A stretch of DNA of 62,277 bases from an uncultured Candidatus Poseidoniales archaeon (GCA_902573085.1 CACGHY010000003.1:1-62277), one strand, 5' to 3'; shown: positions 18,901-28,366, numbered from the stretch's first letter. Notes: generated by a model not told the origin, from the letters alone. Numbers and translations: made by a program.

Positions 18901-20538
18901 GATAGCTCTTCAGATTGGGTGGCGCTTACAGGCTTCAATACCACGGATCCGGAGGGGGACGGAGTTAGATTCGAGTTTCAGAGCGACATAGATGGGCTAC
19001 TTGCCTCAGGATCTTCACCAGAACTCCCTGAATGGTCTGGAACCCTGAGCAAGGGCACTCACACCATCACCATGAGGGCAAGTGACACCAGAACCGACCA
19101 CGTGGAGCAGTGGAATGTCTACTCAGAGATCCTCCAAGTGTCTAATTCCATGCCTAATGTGATCATTTCAAGCCCTATCACGGGCATATACACCGACTCT
19201 TCGGAGCTGATTACCCTGTCTTCTACTGGTTCTGGTGACTGGGATCTCTCTTGCTCTGAGCTCCCCAACAACGGAAGTGGTCTACTTTGCAACCCTAGCT
19301 CGATTGTCAGCAAGGACCTCATCTCCGTCCTATGGGAGTCGGACAAAATGGATGATCATCTTGGAACCGATTGGGAGGTAAAAACCAGATTACAAGCAGG
19401 CTCGCATCTCATTTCATTTACTCTTGACGATGGCAGTGGTCCAGTATCCGATCAGATTGAGATATACGTATCTGACTCTGCACCATTGCTTGTTCTCGAC
19501 TCTCCGATGCCAGACATCCAGGTATACTCCAATCTACCAGTTCTCTTCGATTTCAGGAGATCTGTTGACATGGACGGAGACGATTTCTCAGTCTCAGTTT
19601 TATCAGACCTACAGGGAGTCATTCTTGACTCTAAGTCCACGGAATACTGGTATAGTGACTACCTCACAGCGGGAGTCCACAACCTGACCTTCCTGCTCAT
19701 CGATCAAAATGGTAAGGAGAGGATACATCATCAGACTATCAGTGTCTTGGAGACGGGACCCGTAGCTGTAATTTCCGGAATGTCGGACGGGCAGTACCTT
19801 CCTCCGGGGGAAGCAGCGACTCTCAGCGCGACCGAATCCTTCGACTATGACAACGATATCGTACTCTATGAGTGGAGAGTCGACGGGTCTCTAGTCAGCG
19901 ACAGTAAGACTCTCGAAATGACATTCCAACCTGGGACCGTCAGGATCGACTTGCTGGTTCAGGACTCGAGGGGAGAGGTATCAGTTGAGTCACTAAACCT
20001 AACGATTGGCTCCAGCTCTCCTGAAGTATCCGATCTGATGGTATCAGTACTCAGGGTGGAGGACGGGGTGCCTACGGAGGTCACTACAACAGTTAGGGTC
20101 CAGGATGCAGATGGAACTACAGAAACAGTTCGGGGAGAGTTAATTTCCGGCGGCAAGTCAGTATCGATGTACTTCTACGACGATGGTACTAATGGCGACA
20201 CGGTCGAAAGAGACGGGATTTGGACCTCAAGATTCTCATGGGTGGTAACTGGGGGGTCCTGGGCAAGGGTGGAAGTGTTCGCGATTGATGGCGATTTGGT
20301 CAGCCCTGCTCAGGTACATACTGTCCCCATCATAGAACCTGACAATAGTGGCCTAGAGTCATGGATATCCTCCTTAGGTATCCCGATCTTGGTGATTATG
20401 ATAATCGCACTCTCCATAGCTGGTGTGGCTTACAGTCGAGCAAGGATGGCGGAGATCGCGAAGGACGTGGAGCTAATCGAGTCCTGGTCATCCTTCGATC
20501 CTAGGGAATTAGACGATGAGTTCGACTCAGAGGATTAA
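15910..20538 (+). CDS. Large secreted, C-terminally anchored surface protein (parallel beta-helix repeats + PKD/Ig-like domains)
   Basis: Signal peptide; GxxIxxS beta-helix repeats; PKD-like motifs (FDARQSWDLDFDELTYSWDS, LSATESFDYDNDIVLYEWRVDG); many N-x-S/T sequons; C-terminal TM helix. Start is probably ATG 15916 or 15928. Confidence 0.82.
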   Translation: MRMALVMRLAISLVLMLLLAPILSVTSAGLTRSTTVWSGTISLPDGYLVQSNQVLVIQAGTSVLLGDGERLGVDGRVSIEGTASSPVTIESISGDHRGLTFNSSSNNLGSTIDNLTVTGGEYGITVYGSNPLISNLQIFNTDRVAIDLFDGASPTIRNVVIDGGGQDIHGISSTWRYGIGISSGASSAPVVQGASIGNMVTRGVNLWYNSGGIWSGISVYNVSGATMSAAAGIWIEDSIPLFTDSNITNSDNGIIVRHISDTTTRPTFLNTKVEDSQYRGVLVERYDHTNYSNLQTNAIFSGLEIRGTGGPNAKTPGLGIGAAFDINTSGARIEDAVIEENAIVGIRAYTTDSSTSLSNVTIRNNGPESPSKPHEGAGLLFRSASWTSKGPAEVSDLVVQNSTGAGIVMVKGGVIGSNWTVSGNGANGVSFNEFHPRVEYLLSEENSGSGVSVSDSSNVELSFVHTSGNGIGSPESAGLYFRESNYVMSGGKNVTCYSCSSDGDQRGVVVRDSIDLQLISTTIEGALSEPSLDIDNTGNLFPGIVILDDIAINSPSSNYSVWLEGVDAQISGLDLSGDGGGMYWKARGSNPSSISESVIWDSPSHCLDLHSHSELSVTDVSMFCDNLPWIDISTVNFTDSSLETRSGEESSFSLNKSSHLRWISSDPIITPESTEDDVILDIMWNIDVHTINQNLLNIPMASVNISFDQFESDVNATQPYEGRFTYGPFIGKRWTPIQGWSGVNSAYVGCTYDGVQNSSHPKQLDGDSTVFCQIDLSNQPPFIIWDSPYDESEYSSGSEIVFDARQSWDLDFDELTYSWDSSIDGDFSESCSITSSNASLFIANQNQTEPCLTDGSQSVTLEVCDSEGHCVNETRTIELINLPPVLKVGTFPQISSWGTLYLGETANVTIDLTGTFDPEEDQLWCWASASYESDPDLDPDNPQCPLQIVRSFTNSDDTSFTVSVNAWDGVNPAEAWTFNVELYNEIPIPVMEISRTGDSSSDWVALTGFNTTDPEGDGVRFEFQSDIDGLLASGSSPELPEWSGTLSKGTHTITMRASDTRTDHVEQWNVYSEILQVSNSMPNVIISSPITGIYTDSSELITLSSTGSGDWDLSCSELPNNGSGLLCNPSSIVSKDLISVLWESDKMDDHLGTDWEVKTRLQAGSHLISFTLDDGSGPVSDQIEIYVSDSAPLLVLDSPMPDIQVYSNLPVLFDFRRSVDMDGDDFSVSVLSDLQGVILDSKSTEYWYSDYLTAGVHNLTFLLIDQNGKERIHHQTISVLETGPVAVISGMSDGQYLPPGEAATLSATESFDYDNDIVLYEWRVDGSLVSDSKTLEMTFQPGTVRIDLLVQDSRGEVSVESLNLTIGSSSPEVSDLMVSVLRVEDGVPTEVTTTVRVQDADGTTETVRGELISGGKSVSMYFYDDGTNGDTVERDGIWTSRFSWVVTGGSWARVEVFAIDGDLVSPAQVHTVPIIEPDNSGLESWISSLGIPILVIMIIALSIAGVAYSRARMAEIAKDVELIESWSSFDPRELDDEFDSED

Positions 20539-21269
20539 CTCTCCGGCCCCCAGGCCGTCCTCTCCCTGTTAACACCCAGTCTCTTGGCAAACAGGAACTT
20601 GAGGTTCTTCCAACCGTCACCCCATGTGTTGATTTCGGCCTGCCCAACCCTGGTACGGTAGGGGACTGACACCTCAACAGCTTTCGAACGTCCGTAGCAC
20701 CTCCTCGCATTGATCTTCATCTCTTCCGAGAGCGGCATGCCGTCGTTGGTAGGGCGCATCCTTGGATTCTCCATAATCTCCTTCCTGAAAACCCACATCC
20801 CAGATTGAGAGTCGTGGATGCCATAGAAGAAAAGCATCCTAGCCGTGAAGGAAAGTGCCCAATTGCCGAATCCATGTAGGCCAGACATCGCACCGTCCTC
20901 TGCCTTCCTTAGGCGGTCGCAGGTGATGAACTGCAAGTCTTCCTCGAGAAGTCTACGGACCAACTCCGGCACTACCTCCCCTGGGTAGGTGCAATCCGCG
21001 TCCATAGTCACAATCACTTGTCCAGGCGCCATCTGGAAACCCGTTCTGTAGGCTCTTCCATACCCTTTCCTCGCCTCAAGGTAGACTTTGGCACCCTCCT
21101 CTTCTGCCAGCTCCCTTGTCCTATCCTCTGAATTCCCGTCAATGACTAAGAAATCCAATTTTTGGCACCAACCGTCGTTGGGTACCGATCGGATAGTATC
21201 CACTATGGCCTCCTCCTCGTTCCTAGTAGGTATTACAACTGTAACGTGGACTGGCAATGGAGCTTCCAT
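20535..21269 (-). CDS. Glycosyltransferase family 2 (dolichol-phosphate mannosyltransferase-like)
   Basis: VVIPTRNEE, VIDGNSEDRT, KGYGRA, TMDADCTYP, DSQSGM. Confidence 0.9.
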   Translation of the reverse strand: MEAPLPVHVTVVIPTRNEEEAIVDTIRSVPNDGWCQKLDFLVIDGNSEDRTRELAEEEGAKVYLEARKGYGRAYRTGFQMAPGQVIVTMDADCTYPGEVVPELVRRLLEEDLQFITCDRLRKAEDGAMSGLHGFGNWALSFTARMLFFYGIHDSQSGMWVFRKEIMENPRMRPTNDGMPLSEEMKINARRCYGRSKAVEVSVPYRTRVGQAEINTWGDGWKNLKFLFAKRLGVNRERTAWGPES

Positions 21270-21358
21270 GGGGATGGCGCTAAATTGGACCTATTTTTGA
21301 ACCATTGTGGTGATTATGGCCCCCGCTCTCTTCAATAACGCCTCCCCAGACCGGTTTA

Positions 21359-22600
21359 TTGGTGAGCAACCTGCATGTCGCGATGATTTCTGGCGAGTAT
21401 CCTCCCCGTTGGGGCGGAATGGGCTCAACTGTGTACCATCTATCGTCAAGATTAGCGGAAATGGGCCATAGAATTTCAGTCATCACAAGGAAGTCCAAGG
21501 GAGAATACCCTCACTTGGATAACGTAGAGGTCATCGAGGTTCCATGGTTGAAGATCCCAATGGAATTCACCAGATCATATGGCAGATACGCGCTCAAGGC
21601 TCTGATTCGTCTACATTCAGAGAATCCAGTGGATGTGGTCCATCTCCACTGCCCAATGGTATCTTGGAATGATTCTCAGTTCGACAGGTGTATCTCTGAA
21701 GTAGCGCCAGTTGTCTCTTCGATGCATGGTACGTGGCTGGGTGAGCGGGACGGCTTAACACTGGCAGCCAGATTCGGGGAGCCGGCAGTTTGGTCCAACC
21801 CCAATGACATCGCAATACGCTTCTTGGCAGGGAGATACTCTAACTTCGAGAGATCTGCAATTCGGAAATCCTCTGTGGTAGTCCCCAACTCCGAAGCCAC
21901 AAAGACTGATCTTGAATCAAGATATTCTGCTCCTCCTGATTGGGACTGTGAGGTCATTCATTGGGGTGTCGATACGGGAATGTTCGTACCCATGCATCTC
22001 GATAGCGAATCTGACTCGCACACTCTGATTGAGATTAGAAAGCGGTATGGAATTGGCGATGGAGTGAGGCTCTTACTAGCCGTCGGAAGGCTCGCAGCGC
22101 GCAAGGGCCACGGTTTGCTGCTCCGCTCGTTCTCAAAGGTGGGCAAGTCCACCGACTCTCATTTGGTAATAATCGGTAGAGGATCCCTTCGTAGAAGGCT
22201 GAATCGAATGGCCGCTAGACTAGACATCAGCGACAGAGTTACGATAGAATCGAGCATGGGTTTCAACGAAATTTCCGAGATGTACAGGGCCTCTGACCTT
22301 GTAGTTTATCCGTCGTACTACGAGGGACAAGGACTCATACCCCTCGAAGCAATGAGCTCTGGGACTCCGGTGATTACTGTGGACCACGGCCCCCTACCAG
22401 AGATGGTTGACTCCAGCGTAGGCGCGCTATTCGAACTCGGGTCAGTCGACTCGCTCTCAGAAACAATATCTTCTGAGCTTTCCTCGAATGAGGTTCTTCT
22501 TCAGAAGGGAGCTGAAGGCAGGCAGAGGGTCTTGGAACGCTTCACTCTCGACGGGAACGCTGAGAGATTCCTGGAGGTTTATTCCCGAGCGTGTCGTTGA
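21359..22600 (+). CDS. Glycosyltransferase family 4
   Basis: EYPPRWGGMG, VGRLAARKG, YEGQGLIPLEAMSSGTPV. Confidence 0.92.
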   Translation: MVSNLHVAMISGEYPPRWGGMGSTVYHLSSRLAEMGHRISVITRKSKGEYPHLDNVEVIEVPWLKIPMEFTRSYGRYALKALIRLHSENPVDVVHLHCPMVSWNDSQFDRCISEVAPVVSSMHGTWLGERDGLTLAARFGEPAVWSNPNDIAIRFLAGRYSNFERSAIRKSSVVVPNSEATKTDLESRYSAPPDWDCEVIHWGVDTGMFVPMHLDSESDSHTLIEIRKRYGIGDGVRLLLAVGRLAARKGHGLLLRSFSKVGKSTDSHLVIIGRGSLRRRLNRMAARLDISDRVTIESSMGFNEISEMYRASDLVVYPSYYEGQGLIPLEAMSSGTPVITVDHGPLPEMVDSSVGALFELGSVDSLSETISSELSSNEVLLQKGAEGRQRVLERFTLDGNAERFLEVYSRACR

Positions 22601-22623
22601 ATAAAATCCGGGGAAACTCTTGA

Positions 22624-23721
22624 TTGCTGACCCTCTCTCCGCGGTACGTGGAAGACAGAATAGTAAACCCCAGGAGGTCAAACAGTGCTACAACGGCAAA
22701 CTTCGCAATTATCATACTGGTGTCGTACCTAGTTCTGGTAAATCTGAAACCCATCCTAATGCCCCTAGCGATAGCGGTTCTGTTCTACTTCCTAATTAGA
22801 GCCCCAGAGCAATACCTCATCGAGCGCTTCGATGTTGTTTCAAGGATGCCCATGCTTGCCTACGGCGTCCTCCTAGCAATAGGGGCACTTGCCTCTTACG
22901 GAATTTCTATCCTTCTATACAGGAATATCGATCAGTTCAAGGACGAGATGGAACAGGAAATAGTCCCAAAATTCAACGAGAAGTGGGCAAGCCTTGGGGA
23001 GACAAATCTCTACGGGCTAGAGGAAGTGATTACAAGTCAGGAAACCATACAGAGTGTTCTAAATCCACAGAACATCCAGGACTTCGCCACCAATATACTC
23101 GCAGATTTGGCATCATTCATGACCACGATGGTCACCGTCGCAGTCTTCGTGGTATTCCTAATCCTGGAGGAGAAGAGCCTACCAGGGAGGTTCAAGGCGG
23201 CGTTTCCAGGATCCTATGGCAGGGTTAGGAAGATAGTCTCAAACTCTTCTGAAGCGATTTCTACATACGTTATTTCGAAGGCTACTTGTAGCGCTGGTCA
23301 GGCAGTAGTGCTAGCATTTCTACTGTGGTTCATGGATATCCCGGGTTGGTTCTTGTTCGGAGTCCTATGTTTCTTGTTAGATTTCATCCCGATTCTTGGG
23401 GCGATCCTCGCTACCTTGCCTCCGATGATGATAGCGTTAATCGTGCTCGACCCTTTTCAGGCATTGTTACTAGGCGCCCTACTTGTCGGGAACCAACAGC
23501 TGTTTGGCTCATTTATCGAGCCCAACCTATCTGGCCAAAGGCTAGGTATTTCTCCTCTAGTCCTATTGCTCACTGTGATGATCAGTGCTTCTGTCTGGGG
23601 CATCTCTGGTGCTATCATCGGAGTCCCAATCATGATAATCGCAAGAATCGCACTTGAGGAGGACGAGAAAACCAGGCCAATTGCACTCATGCTGGCAATG
23701 AAGGCTCATGAGGAAGAGTAG
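22624..23721 (+). CDS. AI-2E family transporter
   Basis: LKPILMPLAIA, LDFIPILGA, FIEPNLSGQRLGISPL, WGISGAIIGVP. Confidence 0.88.
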   Translation: MLTLSPRYVEDRIVNPRRSNSATTANFAIIILVSYLVLVNLKPILMPLAIAVLFYFLIRAPEQYLIERFDVVSRMPMLAYGVLLAIGALASYGISILLYRNIDQFKDEMEQEIVPKFNEKWASLGETNLYGLEEVITSQETIQSVLNPQNIQDFATNILADLASFMTTMVTVAVFVVFLILEEKSLPGRFKAAFPGSYGRVRKIVSNSSEAISTYVISKATCSAGQAVVLAFLLWFMDIPGWFLFGVLCFLLDFIPILGAILATLPPMMIALIVLDPFQALLLGALLVGNQQLFGSFIEPNLSGQRLGISPLVLLLTVMISASVWGISGAIIGVPIMIIARIALEEDEKTRPIALMLAMKAHEEE

Positions 23722-24329
23722 TAGTTCCGATTGGAGATCAATATCAAAACCCCCTCTCCTCTAATTTTCACAACACCTCCCATCCCTTCATTATGCAGCC
23801 CCCTCGATGAGAGAACAAGGTTTTCTCCATCCACTTCCCATCTTGCTCCTGTGATCCATACCTTTCCAGCACCAATAGCGAAAACTGAGAAAAGCTCCCC
23901 TTTTTCAAACTCAACGAAGACCTCTCCATCATCAGGGTGAATTCTGGTGGAAACCTGCTCTTCGTGATGTATCCTGATCCTCGCTCCGGATGGAGAGTCG
24001 TTCATAGCCGCCCAGTTACCGAGAATGTGACTAGGGTCCCCACCATCAGCTCCTACTATCTCAATTTCATCGAACCCCCTGTGGATCAGTTCTTCGATCG
24101 ATTTAGCCAGGTCACTGAAAGATTGTTCATTGAGTGACAGAGTCCTACCCCCCCAAGCAGATTCGTCGACGGAATCCATATCTCCCAGAACCTCGACGAC
24201 CTCGACCCCCATGCCATATGCCTTATCGGCACCTCCATCGACCCCGAATATAGGAACTCCAGCCGAGAGGACCCATTCGACTACTGATTCGGTCGGTATC
24301 GAACCATTGCACCATAGAACTCCACGCAT
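23706..24329 (-). CDS. thiN: Thiamine pyrophosphokinase
   Basis: GVDGGAD, GDMDSV, EQSFSDL, GADGGDPSH, ITGARWEV, SRGLHNE. Confidence 0.8.
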   Translation of the reverse strand: MRGVLWCNGSIPTESVVEWVLSAGVPIFGVDGGADKAYGMGVEVVEVLGDMDSVDESAWGGRTLSLNEQSFSDLAKSIEELIHRGFDEIEIVGADGGDPSHILGNWAAMNDSPSGARIRIHHEEQVSTRIHPDDGEVFVEFEKGELFSVFAIGAGKVWITGARWEVDGENLVLSSRGLHNEGMGGVVKIRGEGVLILISNRNYYSSS

Positions 24330-24337
24330 TTGCTAAC

Positions 24338-25357
24338 CTACCGTACAGAGACTTTGCCGGAGGAAATTAACGAGGTTTCCTCAAGCAATACTTCCGGCGC
24401 TCTTATCGTTCCTCTCTGGTGGATTCCCACCCGAGCAGAACCTCCCAAATGGGTGTTGTCTCCAAAGCCAAAGTACGCCCCTCCGCGTATAACTAGGTCC
24501 TCGACTCGATTCCCGACGAGCTCAGTAGCCTTTGGATTCATTCCAAAACCGAACTCCGCGACCGTCCATATCAGGTCCTTCTTGGAACTCCTTAATCCTG
24601 ACTTTGCCATTTCGAAGGATTCCTCTATTTCCTTGGCGATATGCCCTCCTGAGATGTTGACCACAACTCCCTTCTCGATAGTCAGTGAAAGAGGATCTTC
24701 TAGCAATATACCCTCCCAAGAACCATCGACTACTATAGTTCCATTCATGCTCCCCTCCTTAGGAAAGACGAACACCTTGCCAGCAGGGAGATTTGCAATC
24801 TGGCCTGGTCTGTTGCACACACCGTTATCTTCGAGAACCCATCTCCCACCAGTGAGGAAATCGATATCTGTGCCCGATGGGGAACTGACACGCACCCTTC
24901 TCTTCCTTCTGAACAAAACTCCCATGGCCGAGATCTCCTTCTGGAGGGCATTGTAGTCCGCGGTCATGCCTCCCGTTTCAAATGAGACTCTTCCTATGCC
25001 TGGCATGGATACTATCCTTGCTCCTTCCTTCGTAGCCTGTTGTCTGGCTCTGGTATGCGTGAGCGAGTCCTTGGTTGCTATGATTATCACCCTGTTCTTC
25101 CTCATGATATCAGCTACAGGTAGAGGAGGTTCCTTGCCTGGCTTTTGTGTTGGAGGCATCATCACAAGAAGTATCCTGTCCGTTACCCGAGCAGCTTCTT
25201 CGTAGAGTGATTGTCCTACTTCTGCTGTCTCTGGGTCTGTGATTACTAAGACATCCTCCTCCCTCCTTACTTGGAGGCATGTCCGAATAACTGACCTAGC
25301 GGTAGACAGCATCGCCTCCGATGTATCATCCTTAGCTCCACCCTCCTCAGTAGCCAT
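24338..25357 (-). CDS. M29 (AmpS/AmpT-like) aminopeptidase homologue with degenerate metal ligands
   Basis: Family frame is recognisable (EDVLVITD, SPSGTDI, NLPAG.VF, GTIVVDG, AEFGFGMNP, GDN..GG), but key ligands are substituted (see findings). Confidence 0.75.
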   Translation of the reverse strand: MATEEGGAKDDTSEAMLSTARSVIRTCLQVRREEDVLVITDPETAEVGQSLYEEAARVTDRILLVMMPPTQKPGKEPPLPVADIMRKNRVIIIATKDSLTHTRARQQATKEGARIVSMPGIGRVSFETGGMTADYNALQKEISAMGVLFRRKRRVRVSSPSGTDIDFLTGGRWVLEDNGVCNRPGQIANLPAGKVFVFPKEGSMNGTIVVDGSWEGILLEDPLSLTIEKGVVVNISGGHIAKEIEESFEMAKSGLRSSKKDLIWTVAEFGFGMNPKATELVGNRVEDLVIRGGAYFGFGDNTHLGGSARVGIHQRGTIRAPEVLLEETSLISSGKVSVR

Positions 25358-25393
25358 TAGTGTTGGTCCTAGGCGGGCTTCAGTCTTGATACT

Positions 25394-27334
25394 TCACTCC
25401 ACTAGGGATAGGTCTTTGCTTCTGTTGGAAATCTCTGCGAGGATATCCGAAACGAACTGTTCAAGGGGAACGCCATTCTTCTGATCGCCGTTCCTGCTTC
25501 TGATTGAGACAGACCCCTCCTTCACCTCGTCATCACCGAGAATTAGCATGTAAGCAGGGCGACTCTTCCTGTGCATCCTGATCTTCTTCCCAATTGTGTT
25601 GTCCGAATCATCCACTTTCACTCTGACTCCTGCGATCTTCAGAGTCCCCCTTACGTGCTCTGCATACTCCTTGTGCTTCTCCGAGATGGTGATTAGCTGG
25701 GCTTGCACTGGGGAAAGCCAGGTAGGTAGATTTCCAGCCCACTGCTCCAGAAGGAAGGCCACGAATCTCTCATGAGTGGATAGCGGAGCCCTGTGGATTA
25801 CGAAGACCTCCCCGTTCTCATTTCCGGTCTCGTCCATGTATGATAGTCCAAACCTCTCCTTGGCAGCGAAGTCTAGTTGTATGGTGGACATCGACTCCTC
25901 CCTTCCCAAAGCCGTCCTGAATTGTATGTCTATCTTGGGTCCGTAGAATGCGGCCTCTCCAACTGCCTCTGTATATTCCACCCCTAGGGCATCCATTATC
26001 TCCCTCAGGTGGTTCTGGGTCGCTTCCCAGTTCTCTGGCTGGTCGATGTACTTGTCCTTGTTATCTGGGTCCCATAGAGACAATCGGAAGTCGTAGTCAT
26101 CAAAGCCAAACGTTTCGTAGTAATCCTGGGCCATCCTGACGTTGCCTTGGACCTCGCTTGCCACCTGATCCAGAGTACAGTACACATGAGCATCGTTCAT
26201 CGATAGCATCCTGACCCTCAGAAGGCCAGCAAGCGTTCCTGACAACTCGTTCCTGTACACAGTTCCGTACTCCGCGATTCTAATGGGGAGGTCCCTGTAG
26301 GACCGCTTACTGTTCGCGAAAACTAGGTGATGCATAGGACAATTCATCGCTTTGAGGTAGTAATCACCATCATCCATCTTCATTGGCGGGTACATCCCAT
26401 CCGCGTAGTGTGGGAGATGCCCGGACGTCTCGAAAAGCTCCTTCTTCCCGAGCACCGGCGTAGTCACTCTATCGTACCCATATGCCTCCTCTGTCTCTAT
26501 CGCGAAGTTCTCTATCTCCGACTTCAGTACCTCCCCGTAAGGTAGCCAAACAGGCAGGCCCTTCCCTATCATCTCGTTAATCATGTAGAGCCCCATCTCC
26601 TTCCCTATCTTCTTGTGATCTCTCCTCGCAGCCTCTTGGATCTGCCTCTCGCGCTCCTTCAGATCATCCTTGGAAGGGTAGCACATTCCGTAAATCCTGA
26701 CCAGCGACTCCCTGTCTTTGTCCGCTCTCCAGTATGCCTGGCTGGTGCTTGTTAGCTTGAACCACCTCAATTGGGAGGTCAGTGAGACATGAGGGCCTTT
26801 GCAGAGGTCGATGAAATCTCCTTGACGGTAAGCCGACGAACCCACATCATGGCCAATTTTATCATCCATTATCTCCAGTTTGAAGGGATTCGAGGAGAAT
26901 ATCTCCCTGAGTGACTCATTGTCAAGCTCTTCCCTCTCAATCGGGATGTTCTGCTTTACCAGTTCTTTCATCCTCTTCTCTATTTGACGGAGCTCCTCGT
27001 CTCCGATTGGATCCATTGCGAAGTCATAGTAGAACCCGTGATCTATCGGTGGTCCGATTGTGGGTTTGGCATTCGGATAAAGCTGAGTCACCGCTTGAGC
27101 CAGAAGATGTGCGCAACTGTGCCTTAGGATGTACAGCCCCTCCTCGGAATCGCCCAATATCGGCTCTACCTTGCAATCCTCATCGAGTGTAAAGGACATG
27201 TCCCTCTCCTCCCCGTTTACGATTACGGCCACTGCCCCTGACTTCCTTCCATGGACGTTTTTGATTACCTCTCCAGCGCTGATGCCACTTGCATACTCGT
27301 GAGATTCGCCCTCCCCGATGTCAACAGAAATCAT
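25394..27334 (-). CDS. thrS: Threonyl-tRNA synthetase, bacterial-type (TGS + editing + catalytic + anticodon-binding)
   Basis: RHSCAHLLAQA, DLCKGPH, RDHKKIG, KAMNCPMH, YRNELSG, FYGPKID, STIQLDF, IHRAPL. ATG 27334 preferred over GTG 27340. Confidence 0.96.
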   Translation of the reverse strand: MISVDIGEGESHEYASGISAGEVIKNVHGRKSGAVAVIVNGEERDMSFTLDEDCKVEPILGDSEEGLYILRHSCAHLLAQAVTQLYPNAKPTIGPPIDHGFYYDFAMDPIGDEELRQIEKRMKELVKQNIPIEREELDNESLREIFSSNPFKLEIMDDKIGHDVGSSAYRQGDFIDLCKGPHVSLTSQLRWFKLTSTSQAYWRADKDRESLVRIYGMCYPSKDDLKERERQIQEAARRDHKKIGKEMGLYMINEMIGKGLPVWLPYGEVLKSEIENFAIETEEAYGYDRVTTPVLGKKELFETSGHLPHYADGMYPPMKMDDGDYYLKAMNCPMHHLVFANSKRSYRDLPIRIAEYGTVYRNELSGTLAGLLRVRMLSMNDAHVYCTLDQVASEVQGNVRMAQDYYETFGFDDYDFRLSLWDPDNKDKYIDQPENWEATQNHLREIMDALGVEYTEAVGEAAFYGPKIDIQFRTALGREESMSTIQLDFAAKERFGLSYMDETGNENGEVFVIHRAPLSTHERFVAFLLEQWAGNLPTWLSPVQAQLITISEKHKEYAEHVRGTLKIAGVRVKVDDSDNTIGKKIRMHRKSRPAYMLILGDDEVKEGSVSIRSRNGDQKNGVPLEQFVSDILAEISNRSKDLSLVE

Positions 27335-27350
27335 GCCCACTGGTATCCCT

Positions 27351-27367
27351 CGTCGGCTATGCCGACG
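27351..27367. other. Perfect 7-bp hairpin CGTCGGC-TAT-GCCGACG between arcC and thrS
   Basis: Direct inspection; lies 16 nt upstream of thrS ATG 27334. Confidence 0.4.
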
Positions 27368-27412
27368 CCCCGCCGATATGAATGGCTTGGCCGTTGATTG
27401 ACTCTATCGCGC

Positions 27413-28321
27413 TCATTCAATAGTGAATTGTGTACCCGCCCTACCCTCTACCATCTCGGCGATATCCGTCAACGCGCCAATTACCGCGCGCTCACCAGTC
27501 CTCATCACGAAGTCGCAGGCGGCCTCCACTTTCGGCCCCATTGACCCAGGCTCAAAATCAATCTTCGATATCTCTTCGGGTGTGGTGGCCTGCATCAATT
27601 CCTGGTTTCCAGTACCCCAGTCTCGGTATACTCCATCTGCGTCTGTAGCCAGAATAAGCAGCCTTGCTCCCAACTGCCTTGCGAGTAAGGCGCTGGCCTT
27701 GTCCTTGTCAATGACCACTTCAACACCCTCTAGTGACCCTTCAGAATTGTACGCTGTTGGTATTCCCCCTCCACCAGCGCAAATCACAATCACCCCCTTC
27801 TCCAAGAGCCAGTGAATCGGCCGCAACTCAAAGATCCTGTGTGGTTCAGGAGAGGGTACAACCCTCCTCCAGTTGCTTCCATCCTTCGAAATAGACCATC
27901 CCTTCTCTTCGGAGATTCTCCTAGCCTCATGCTCGCTGTAAATCGGGCCAATTGGCTTGGTTGGATTTTCGAAGGCGGGATCATCTGGATCGACCTCCAC
28001 CATCGTTAGTATAGTGGCCAAAGAACTCTCAGTCGGAAGGAGGTTGCCCAGCTCCTGTTGTATCGCGTAACCCAGCATCCCCTCCGTCTGAGCGCCTAGA
28101 ACATCTAGGGGGTATTCCTCCGCTTCCTTGTATGATGCGGATTGTAGGGCGAGGAGTCCTACTTGTGGGCCATTCCCGTGGGTTATGACCAGTTGGTGCT
28201 CCTTCGCTAGTGGTGCCAGCTCCTTGCACGCCTTCCTGACGTTCCTCCTCTGATTCTCGGACGTTTGCTCCTCGCCCCTCTTCAGGAGAGCGTTTCCACC
28301 CAGCGCTACTACTAGTCTCAC
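27413..28321 (-). CDS. arcC: Carbamate kinase
   Basis: [54 protein letters not shown]. Start set at GTG 28321. Confidence 0.95.
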   Translation of the reverse strand: MRLVVALGGNALLKRGEEQTSENQRRNVRKACKELAPLAKEHQLVITHGNGPQVGLLALQSASYKEAEEYPLDVLGAQTEGMLGYAIQQELGNLLPTESSLATILTMVEVDPDDPAFENPTKPIGPIYSEHEARRISEEKGWSISKDGSNWRRVVPSPEPHRIFELRPIHWLLEKGVIVICAGGGGIPTAYNSEGSLEGVEVVIDKDKASALLARQLGARLLILATDADGVYRDWGTGNQELMQATTPEEISKIDFEPGSMGPKVEAACDFVMRTGERAVIGALTDIAEMVEGRAGTQFTIE

Positions 28322-28366
28322 GATTATTCCCCGAGCGTGAACCGATAAGAACACCTCCCCTCTGGG

